A DNA stretch of 31,039 nt. Source: Ginkgo biloba (Eukaryota; Plantae; Ginkgophyta). The stretch covers positions 18,223,247 to 18,254,285 of the forward strand of contig JANKJI020000002.1 in the NCBI GenBank assembly GCA_024626585.2. Direction: 5' to 3'. This document shows positions 1 through 11,400 of this stretch, one piece after another. A program made the translations under genes and the position numbers. Positions within the stretch are counted from its first letter, which is position 1; each line of letters begins with the position of its first letter. The notes under the pieces were generated by a model that was not told the DNA's origin, made no database searches, and saw nothing but the letters and a program-made list of their open reading frames with translations.

Positions 1-807
1 TATTTGATGTAGAAGGGGAAGAAAAAACTAGGAATAAATGAGAGGTAAGCAGGGATGATTTTACCTCTGGCTTGGAATTTTGATCTTACACTTATTTTTT
101 CTTTCTCCTTAAGTCTTTTAGTAATTCATCCTATACTTCACAAGCTTAGTCCAACCTTATGAAATGCTTGCATATGATTATGTAGGCTCTCCTTGAATGT
201 GTCTTGTCTTTAGTTGGCTTTACTTGTTCAGGACATATGTTCTCTAGAGTTGGTCTTTATGTCATTCCCTAGTGGAGTAATGAGTTCTTTTGATAGGATT
301 AAATGTTCTTACATAATAATATAATTGAATCCTACCTAAGAAGGCACACTTTGGCCTGAAAAAATAAATCTTCTTTGCAATAGGAGTAGTTTCCCTTATT
401 GAAAAAAAATCAAGTAAAAACTTTATATAAGTGGGGTGGTTTTTATACTAAGTATTTATAAATGAAAAAAAAAATGAGAAACTCAAAGAATTTTACCATT
501 TGTGATATTTCTATGAAAGGAAAGGGGAATAGTAAAAGGAAAATGAAAATAAAGAAGGGATGATCATCTCAAAATATATGCCATTAAAACTAGTATGAAC
601 ACATGGTATAGACCCCCACCTTTAGTAGTAGATAAAAAATATGTAAAATATTATAGGTTATCAGGAATAATAGGTTTATAGTATGAGTTAAAGGAGGAAA
701 AAATATAACTAGTTCAACTTTAATAACATAAATTATAGCATGATAAATAAGATACATAAGAGGAGGATATAAAATGATCAACATTTTTTACTAGAGCTAG
801 TACGACG

Positions 808-925
808 GTGAGAGCTAGTTAGTCCAATTCCAATTGGAAATATGGGGTCAATTCTACAACACCTATTATTAGAGATAATATAACAGTGAGAGCTATCTAA
901 TCTAACTCTAATTGGAAATATGGGA
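808..925. repeat. Degenerate 40-bp direct repeat, period 78
   Basis: GTGAGAGCTAGTTAGTCCAATTCCAATTGGAAATATGGG at 808 versus GTGAGAGCTATCTAATCTAACTCTAATTGGAAATATGGG at 886. Confidence 0.8.
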
Positions 926-1860
926 AAAATTAAAGTGACCTAAATAATAATAAGACTTTAAAGAGGAATGGAGATAAGAGTATCTACTAATGAAGTCGAT
1001 AATATGGTGACTATCCATCTAGTCCAACTTGGATAGTAGATACAAAACATGGGAAATAATTAAGAATTGGTTNNNNNNNNNNNNNNNNNNNNNNNNNNNN
1101 NNNNNNNNNNNNNNNNNNNNNNNNNNNNNNNNNNNNNNNNNNNNNNNNNNNNNNNNNNNNNNNNNNNNNNNNGGTGGAACAGTTTGTTTAAAAGTGTGTC
1201 AAATCTTATTTTCTTCTAAGTTAGAAATTGTTATCTATGTTTTCTATTGTTTACATCAATAAACATTGGAGTATCCTCTATTTTATTGATTTGAATTGTT
1301 ATTTATTTCTGCAAGTATAACACACTAATGTCAAAGTATCCAGTGATGTAATCATGGACTTGTTTTTCTGTATGTGTGAATTTGAAGATTGCAGTAACAT
1401 CTTGAATAGTTTTCATGAGAGCTTCCTACAGTAAGAAGTATTATTTCTTTCACTATTACCTGGAATAGAAATTATTTGAGGATATAGAAAGTTAGGTACC
1501 AGTTTATAATTCTGAGCTGCAAGATTCATTTATAAGTGCCTTGCATTCTTTCACTCTGTTTCTAGACTTCAGTTCTACTGTTTGTAGTTGAAGTCTTTCC
1601 TTAATCTTCATCCATTACACTCCCTTTATAATCAATGCCTGGTAAAATGGGATTATGTTGCCCAATGAAAATACTTTTGATCTAAGGGTTTGATATTGTT
1701 GTTTTAATCTAGTCTACTTCAACATTCTTTCAACCTTTTTCACTTTTTCTTATTATTCAGAATCTGGCATTCAATTTGCATATTATTTTACGTTGTTGCT
1801 GTGGTGACATTAGGCAGCCAGCTCTTTAAAGTAGCCTCGCACTTCTAAAGAAATTGGGAG

Positions 1861-2100
1861 AAGGTGAAGAGGTATTTTAATAAGAAGTTATCTCCTAAGA
1901 AGTTCTAGGTCATGAATTTAATATTGGTGTGGGACAAGGCTAAAGAAAACCCAAGAGCCCATCATAAGTTTGACCCATTATGGTTGGGGTTATTTACCAT
2001 ATCATAGTAGGTTGGAGAAAATATTTTCAAATTGAAGTATTCAAATGAAAATGAACTATCTATACATATTAATGGATAGTATCTTAAACCTTTTCACTTG
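1861..2100 (+). mobile_element. Ty3/Gypsy integrase C-terminal (GPY/F-type) relic
   Basis: Translates KVKRYFNKKLSPKKF*VMNLILVWDKAKENPRAHHKFDPLWLGLFTIS**VGENIFKL...IHING*YLKPF. This matches the F.VGDLVL.W...KF...WLGP(Y/F)...VNG..LK pattern, with in-frame stops. Confidence 0.75.
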
Positions 2101-5100
2101 TTATTGAGTCATCTTGAAATTTCTTATATATTATACAACATTAGTTTTCCTACACAATCAGTTTATTTGTTAGCCAATCATTTTGGTTTTATCGGTCTAT
2201 TTTTCACCTTTATAGATCCCATGTATGAAATCAGACATTATATATTATTAGCATCCTACTAGGGGAATTTATCCCCTAGGTTTGTATGTGTTGTCCCTAT
2301 CAACTCCCCATCCTTTGTCCCCCTTTCTTTTTTTCTTTTTATCTACTGGTGACAAATTTCCTTTAGCTAAGTTTTTTTTGTAGCAGCCAAATTCCCTCAA
2401 ATTAGTGTGTGATCCTTCATCTCCCTCAATTTTATTTCTCCTGTCCCTCCTAGTATGCCTCAGTCCATCTAAAATATTAGGGAACCCTTATAAGACTCAT
2501 GTCATAGCCCCCTGCCAATGTATTAACCTGTAAATGGACCTCTTTTTCTTTTTATATTGTTCTTTGTAGGAAGGCCTACAAGCATTGTGCTAGATGAAAG
2601 AAGAGGAGAATAAAGATAAAGAGTTTCTTGAGTAAGAAATGCATGGGATAATGTCAAAATTTTTGGAGGTTTAAATTTTTGGAGCTTCAAAATACTAAGT
2701 TGGACACATCCAAAGTTTCTTCTTAGTACTTTGTGGGTCTAAAATGTTAATAAAACATAATAAACTATGGTACCCAAATTTTGGATTCCTGTTAATAACT
2801 TTGTGATGATTCACGGAGTTAGATGATCTAAGTCACCTATATGTATCCTTACAAACCTGAATAAAATATAAATATGACTTGATGGAATTAGTTAAACACT
2901 TTATTCAAAGTTTTAGAGTTTAGTGTTTGGGATAGTTTAAATAAACAAAGGAGAAAATCATACTCCCTTACTCTTGGACCCAAGTGAAAAATAAATTATA
3001 GGAAATTAAGAGTTCATATCCTAGCTTGTCAAGAATAGTTTTGATTTTTAGAGTTCATAATATTTGAATTGGTCAATTTTTCTTTTGGAATCTTCGAGGT
3101 GGAAAACCTAAAAGGATAATAAAATAGAATAAAATTTTATGTTTTAGAGGTTCACAAAATTATTGAAGAGGAGATGGATTAAGTTATTAGTATGCATCCT
3201 TGTAGACCTAAGTTGAGAAATAAATAAAAATTGATTGAGCTTTCACATCCAAACTTTTCTAAAACAAATGTTTAGGAATTCATAGTTCAACCTTCAAAAG
3301 GAGGAGATCACACTCAAAGTTTTAAACAAGTTAAAATATCCAAACTACATAGACCTAAAAATGAATAATATAGAATTAAATATTTGAAGTTTGTAGAGTG
3401 AGGTAAATTTGAAGAAGATGAGTTTAGGTTTTTAATAGTTTAAGTTTTTTTAAGGAAAATATAAAAAGTCATGTACGTATAACCTTTCAACTCTAAATTC
3501 ATAAGTGAATTCCAATTCATTAAAGACTCACATTTGGACTATGAATTATGGAAAATCATATTTTGGGATCTCAATCCATTTTTGGATCATAAGATTTAAA
3601 CATTTTGGAGAATATCAATATTCTATGATGTAAAGCAAGGATAAAAAATATGATTATATTTCCACTTGTGATCGACCCAAGTGGCATTCCTTATAATCCT
3701 TTCCAAAAGAATGATTAGGATTTGACATACAAGTGTCACTTGCATAAATATTACTATATTTATTAAGGAGATATAAATGTATTTCCTTAGGGGTATGTCA
3801 TTTATGTCGAAANNNNNNNNNNNNNNNNNNNNNNNNNNNNNNNNNNNNNNNNNNNNNNNNNNNNNNNNNNNNNNNNNNNNNNNNNNNNNNNNNNNNNNNN
3901 NNNNNNNNNNNNGTCTCCTCTAGTGTGTTATGAGTTTGTAGAAGATCTGGTGATGCTACAAAGAAGTGTGCAAATCAATGAGCAAGCTCTAGAGGAGCTC
4001 AATATTTTTTGTTGAAAAAAATAAAAAAGGTAATTTTTTAGACAAGGGTTTAAGAAACTTGTTTCAAGCTACAGATATGGCAATACTCTTAGACTACGAA
4101 GAAGAAGAGGAGACCCCAAAATCTTTCCCAAATGCGAAGGGCTCATCTTCATCAGGTTCTTATGATGAAGTTTTAGAGAAACTGTTCTACAAAAAGCATC
4201 GCCTCTTAGACTATTGGATAGTGTAATTATTTTTTTTAAGAAGGAAGACCGACTTATTTAAAAAGATGAGGGTGCAAAGATTGCTGAAATGGTATCTGTT
4301 GCTAAGAGAGGAAATTCGAGGGTCAACAGAAGATTCTAGAAAAATGTATGAAGGAAGACGAACCCACAACCTCAAATGCTACTTTTTCCAAAAAAGGAAG
4401 TTGATTCCAATTGAATGGAGGTCACATCCATAGAGTTTTAAGGGGCTGGAGAAATAGATATGTATATTTTCTCACCATACAATATTGCACGTTTGATCTC
4501 TTTTGTGGGGAGTAAGGATATGGATGATTCAACTCATTCACAAATTCAAAGCTCACCTAAATGCTAAGGTATCGAATCTCATGGTGTTATTATTTGATCG
4601 AAAGAATGTTGGTTCTATTGGATCCCTTACAGGGTTTGCTCCTGCTATAGTTTTTTACATGGAAGTTCTTGAAAGCCCTCAGCGAATGCCATAGAAGGCC
4701 AGAGAAAACGATTGGTTCTTCATCGAAAAACATTGACGAAAAATGCTGATATAGTGAGAAAAGAGCGTTGAACCCATTAGCACATTAGAGGGGAATTTTT
4801 TGAAGAAACCAAACTTTGAAGACACCCAAGCACAGAGAGGTAGGCTAGACGTGGGAGGAAAATCTATGGGAGAAAAATTGAAGATTCCATTAAGATTTTT
4901 ATAGAGAAATACCATTTCTCTAAGTTTTGAACCATGGCCATGCTAGTGAATTCTATGCATGCCCATAGGAAACACATTCAGTGAGGAAACATAGATGTGA
5001 GGAGTAATTTCAATGGAGTTTCAAAGGAGAAGAGGCGGTTAAGCAGAATAGTCCACTTTATTTTTTTCAAAAAAATTAACCTAAAGTTTGCAAGNNNNNN

Positions 5101-7430
5101 NNNNNNNNNNNNNNNNNNNNNNNNNNNNNNNNNNNNNNNNNNNNNNNNNNNNNNNNNNNNNNNNNNNNNNNNNNNNNNNNNNNNNNNNNNNNNNCAACTC
5201 ATATTTTTACTAACCACATCTTCTTCATTATTTTAATTTTTCCCTTCATTTTCTCATGGGAGATCTATTGTTGATATTATCACTAAGCTTTCATTTTTTG
5301 TCAAATAAGACCATTGCCTAGTGTTAAAAGATGAGAAAATCCTTAGAATCCTATGGGAATAAGAGGAGTATGAAGGTGATTTTATAAAATATCAGGGATC
5401 CCAAGATNNNNNNNNNNNNNNNNNNNNNNNNNNNNNNNNNNNNNNNNNNNNNNNNNNNNNNNNNNNNNNNNNNNNNNNNNNNNNNNNNNNNNNNNNNNNN
5501 NNNNNNNNNATGATTTGAATTGTCTAGGTATTAATTCAGAAGAGATATCCAAGAAGAACATACAAAATAATTATCAATAAAGAATAGATCTTGAAGAAAA
5601 ACCAAGGTTCATCCACACTAATGAAATATATGAAGTGTGAGTTATGGTAAATATAAACACTTTGTAAATATGCAAATAATAATACATGTAGTCTATATTT
5701 TTTATTTTAGTTGTTCCTTAAATGTTGGTTTTTAATATGTATAATAATCATGGAGAAAAACTTNNNNNNNNNNNNNNNNNNNNNNNNNNNNNNNNNNNNN
5801 NNNNNNNNNNNNNNNAGTCCCCTAGCTCATAAGCTATATACAATCACTGAATAATGATTATAATTTTGGGGAAGTTATTCAAATCCTATGATATAATAAA
5901 AGTGAATCCAATCATTGTTCAAAGAATTAAATTTTAAATATCATGTTGTTCATTTCTATTCCCATCTTGTCATTATTCCCCTCATTAGATACTCCTTATC
6001 ATGGCATCTAGGGTCTCCTTTCATAATTTTGTTACTTGAATTGGTCTAAGATTAGAATGTTGGAAAAAATTGAATGAAGACCAAAAGATAAGATATTATT
6101 GTGGGATATTCACCTATATTTAAAAGTCTAATCACACCTTCCTTAGAAGGTCTTATTTTAAATAATGCAGACCATCGCCAAGACCACTACAAGTCAGGAT
6201 ATATATGAAGATATTATTTAAAAAAAATCCTCATTACTAATCAAACTTGAGCACACATCTCAAATGGGATTATTTGAGGCTTCAATTTTTTCCAATTGAT
6301 TATGAGAAATAGATTTGACCGTATCCTTAGACCTCTCCTCATTCTCATTCTTTTCAATTCCTCCCATTCTATATCTATTATCTCACCATCATAATTAATT
6401 TCAAAGATACTATCTTCATAGGTGTACATACCAAAGAAAGTATTCTTTGACATTAATGTTATTGAAGGAGAGTGTTGATGTATAATATGTGACAGAGAGG
6501 GATGCATCATAAACCCCATCCATATTCCCTCCTTTATATATTTCCAATACCTCTCATACCATCCATACCACCATGCATATAATTTAATGAACATCTCATT
6601 GAGTAGTAAATAACCCCATAAGTTTCTAATGGAAGATTTATTTTTCTTTCATGCTTCTTGGCCAAATGATCTTAGCATTTTATAGAAGTCATATATTCTA
6701 GAATTTCCAAGCATAACTGATGTACCTCAAAGATTTAAATTTCCTAAAATATTTCCCATAATTTGAGGCATGGGTCACATGTGTCAAACATAGTACCAAA
6801 AATATTAACAAAAATTCAACATGTGGAGGAAATATTTTCTCTAGATATTGAATGATGATAGTGGTTTAGACAAATATTAATTGCTAGGCCACCCCAGCCC
6901 ATAGTTTGAGAATGCTATTTCATCTTTTAGGTGTGTGTTCTATGATAGAGTACCACCCAATCAAGTACATAACATATTATAATTTATAAAATCATATATT
7001 ATAGGATATACATTCCTTCTAAGGGAGTTATTTCCCTAGGTAAGTCCACCTTNNNNNNNNNNNNNNNNNNNNNNNNNNNNNNNNNNNNNNNNNNNNNNNN
7101 NNNNNNNNNNNNNNNNNNNNNNNNNNNNNNNNNNNNNNNNNNNNNNNNNNNNAGAAGGTAGATTATTATTCATTTATTTATGCCAATTATAGAAAGGGAT
7201 TTTTCTGTCTTATTAGAATTCTTATTTGTGGGTTGTTGCCTTAAGAATAAGTTCTAGTGCAGGTGGCTAAATGATCGAGTTGTTGGTTATGTGCAAGTTG
7301 TTGAGGAAGAAACTATTGATGATGAGAAAATTTGGTTATTAAATTTATATGCATCACCATGTGCTAGTATAGAGAACTCTACCTATGCACGTGGTGCTTT
7401 AAGAACTTTCAAATAGATAGAATCACTAAT

Positions 7431-7800
7431 CAAGGTAGTTGGTAGTGGTGATGTGAGTTTAGTCCATACATATATCTTGGTGCTTGAGGCACTTACATAC
7501 TAACAAAATAGTTGATTGAGGTAGTTGGTAGTGGTGATGTGAGTTTCACCCATACATATATCTTAGTGCTTGAGGCACTCATAGATTGACATAATTATCA
7601 ATTGAGGTAATTGGTAGTGGCGATGTGATTTTTTCCCATACATATATCTTAGTGATTGATGCACTTGTAGACTGACATAATTATCGATCGAGGTAGTTGG
7701 TAGTGGCATTGAGCTTTGAGTTGAATGTCTAGGTGTTGAGTCACTCACAAAACAACATAAATTCTAATAGAAGTAGTTGGTAAAAGGCATTAAGGTTCCA
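7431..7800. repeat. 86-bp tandem minisatellite: three well-conserved units plus degenerate units
   Basis: Units starting (C/T)(G/A)AGGTAGTTGGTAGTGG at 7431, 7517, 7603 and 7689 (period 86), with a diverged start at about 7769. Confidence 0.92.
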
Positions 7801-8469
7801 CCCCAGTGATGGTAGGAAGAGATGACATGAAATAGCTCATTGACATAACATAGTGAGGGATAATTTAAGTCAAGAGGATATTATTGATAGAATCTATTTT
7901 AGGGTCAAAGCCTATAGTTCTATGTTTTAATTAAATAGATTGTAATGACATTATAATACCCACTAACATATAAATTGAGTCATTGTGACTTTATAAAGAT
8001 TAAATATTAATTTTGGTTACTTATTAAAGGTACATAAATTTTTATTCCCCAAGAGGATTTCTCCAATTAAAAATATCACGTTGTTCTCTTGATGTGATGT
8101 TTGAACATTATCTCATGTATGCCATGATTTTTGTATTGAAAATTATTAATGAAAATTTTTGAGTAGATTCCTTTATAGTTTTAAGTCATTCAAGCATCAT
8201 GTCTTCATGCATGCCAATGAGACAATTGACTAATAACCTATACCATGTACTCAGAGGGATTCACCAATGTTGTTGACATTGGGCTATTGTTGAGATCTTA
8301 GTAGGTGAGCTATGTTAGCATCAATTTATTACATTAGTGTTGGTTCTCTCTATCGTTAACCAATACCAATTATGGACACTCTGATATACATCGATTTTAT
8401 TGTTCCTAACACTCGTCATGTTTGATCGACGACTGACCCATCCTGCATCAATTTGTAGAGAAATAATTT

Positions 8470-9371
8470 TTTCTCATTTATTGATGTATCTTTGGAAAAG
8501 GATTGAAAGGTGTAACCTTAGATATATTTAAGTGACTCAATAAAATTAAAGGATGCTCATGCTTACACTTCTATACTACTAAATTAACCTACATAATCAA
8601 CTCCTCTACTCTAGTTGGATCCATATCAATAAAATATTTTTGAGCCCAAAATTGAGTTTTAGTCTCAAAAGGAAAAAGTCGTGACAACTTGTAAGGTGCA
8701 ACAACTTTGCTTATCTATTCACTATCTTTTCTTGAATGCAAAGTGCCTTTATTATAGTTCATTGTCATAGGTTGATCTTATATAATGCATTTCTATAGTG
8801 AAACTAAAATATGAAAAGAATCTTGCATGCATGTGTGGAATTTTCATGCAATCCAAAATAACATCCCAACAAAATCTAGAATGGTAGAGACTCTTCCCAA
8901 GTCTCAGAATGGCTATAATTATAGAATTTCAATGCATGTACCAAAGTCCTATTAATAATATCTATGTTCCCATATGTCTAGGGATGGAAAGAAGTTAACT
9001 CTTCAACTTCATATCTATCATCTCCCATAGGTATATCCAAAAGTGACTTAATAATATACCATCTCTATTAGAAATAATAAAAGAATGAAAACCACAATGA
9101 GTCTAACTTTGAAAAAATAATAACATGTCAACCTATGGTGCTAAAATTGTCTTTTAGAAAGCCATAAATATGGCCATCTCATTTAACATGTATAGCATAA
9201 AAAATATGTAATCATGGTAGCCCTCCTAGAGGATCTATGAAAATGGAATCCCATGGTTGATATGGAACTAGTAGATGATACTTACCAATATTCCCATTGG
9301 AGGGATTGGAAGTGCAACATAATAAAAATTATTTAATAAATCTATCTACATCCAACTACATGTTGGGATAA
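8470..9371 (-). mobile_element. Degenerate Ty3/Gypsy integrase (zinc-finger end, catalytic core, C-terminus)
   Basis: YPNM*LDVDRFIK*FLLCCTSNPSN; VPYQPWDSIFIDPLGGLP; IISNRDGILLSHFW; TSFHP*TYGNIDIINRTLVHAL; TWEESLPF. Contains stops and frameshifts. Confidence 0.85.
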
Positions 9372-10339
9372 NNNNNNNNNNNNNNNNNNNNNNNNNNNNN
9401 NNNNNNNNNNNNNNNNNNNNNNNNNNNNNNNNNNNNNNNNNNNNNNNNNNNNNNNNNNNNNNNNNNNNNNNTGTTTGTTTTTAAATGTCATATATTGCAA
9501 CCCAATGTCTGGAAACGGGTAAGCAACTATGAGGTGAAGATCTGATAGGTTGTGCGTAGTTGGCAATGTTTGTAAACAATAAGTCCATTATCCATATGGT
9601 CAGTTGGATTTGAAAGTTGTCAGTCCCTGGCTCAAGTCCCGTTGTTGGACATGTTTGAAATGAAGCCAATGTTTATTTTCTTGGCTGAGCTAATGTCTGA
9701 CATNNNNNNNNNNGTATTTAAGATTCTTTGATCGGAGATTTGTTTTTAAGCAAATTTTAGATTTCAGATTTGGAAAGCAATAGATTTTGAAGTGACCCGT
9801 TTCATTTTCTTTTTTGAGGGGAGCGTTTTCTTCACTTTTCTGCCAAATTTGTCAAACAATGAGTTCAGGATTCTAGTATAATTTCTTTGTCAGTCAATGA
9901 GCTCGGCCACATCTCTGCAATGCATTTCTCACTCCAAAAGTGAATCTCTCCTGGTGACGTGGTGCATGTTATGACATTTGCAACTCCAGCACAAATATTT
10001 TGATGGCATACTCTGCCATTCCATTTTGGTAAAGTATCTTTAGTATACTGACAGGAAAATTTGCATTCAGAGCCATGTAGCACTGGAACATTCGAATAGA
10101 AATGTTTTGCATTCCATAGCTGACTTGCCAATATATTATAAGATCCTTTATAAAATGACTACCCTCTCTTGTAAATTACTTTCTCATCTAAGGTTCAAAG
10201 ATTTAAATGGAGGCATGCCCTCATTATCTAAGAATTGTCAATCCTTTGAAAAGGCCATATCTATCATGCAATCTGCAAGAATCTTTGGCTTTTTGAGCCC
10301 TTCTACAACTTGATATCTGATCTTTACTATGGAATATTG

Positions 10340-11400
10340 ATATCTATTATTATCTAATTGTCTTAAAATTGTTCCCATAACATACCCTGAAGCATTTTCT
10401 TTCATCTCAAAAGGTAATTTAAGGTTGGACATAAAAAAATTTGGTGTTATACATAGTAAATTCTTGAATAAATTGAAATCATTTTGTTGGGACTTACTCC
10501 ATATGAAGGCGTTCTTAACTAGGAGGCCTTCATCAACTAATTCAGAGAAGAGATAATTTTTTAGAATCATAGCATAAATATTTTATAGAAGTTTACAAAA
10601 AATCCACAAAACTATGTATCTCATTAATATTAATAGTTAATCACCCCTAATTCCTCAAGACCTCAATCTTGGTGGGATCAATACAAAATCTATTCCCATT
10701 AATTATGAAACCAATATAGAAAATTCTATACATGGAAAAACTCCCCTTCTCCATGTTACCTTGAAGCTAATGGTATCTTAACTACCATGAGACCTATTCA
10801 ATGTTCATACTATGCTCCTCCTAAGTGTAATAAGAGATAATAATATTATTAATATAAATAATGATAGTGAAATCTAAGAATGGTCAAAGGACACCATTCA
10901 TAAACCACATAAACATAGTAGGGATGTTGTTAAACTAAAAACATATAACCAACCACTCAAAGAGATCTTGCTTGGTATTAAATATCATCTTTCATCTATC
11001 ATCTTCCCTAATACTCACCTAGTAATATCTTGATTTTATATCAATCTTTGTAAAGTATATGACACCCTATAAATTTTCCAAAAAATCATCAATATATGGA
11101 AGTAAATATTTAGTATTCACTATGATATTATTGATTGTCCTATAATCAATACACATGTGATAAGAACCATCCTTCTTAAGTACCAACATAACCAATGAAC
11201 CAAATGAAGAAGCATTAAGCTTGATGTTCTATTTTCACAATAAATATAATAGTTGTATCTTTATCTCCTCATTATCCATCACTAATTTGCAATAAATACT
11301 TACATTAGAAAATGAAGCTCCTAGTACTAGAATAATCCCATAAGAGATGGCCCTTTTAAATGGAAGGTCATAATGAGATCTAATTACATCCTTAAATTAG
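10340..11400 (-). mobile_element. Degenerate Ty3/Gypsy (chromovirus/CRM-like) reverse transcriptase and start of RNase H
   Basis: SSFGSLVMLVLKKDGSYHMCIDYR...LLPYIDD...FTKIDIKSRYY*V...DLFEWLVICF...IIYINNII (YxDD decayed to YINN at 10845-10856); PFEMKENASGYVMGTIL. Confidence 0.9.

Noticed and set aside
1173-1830. Less-deaminated, intron-like stretch suggesting a second gene
   Set aside because: No recognisable exon or ORF could be supported.
7431-7800. CRISPR-like regular repeat
   Set aside because: The entire 86-bp unit repeats with no unique spacers; there are no cas genes and the context is eukaryotic.
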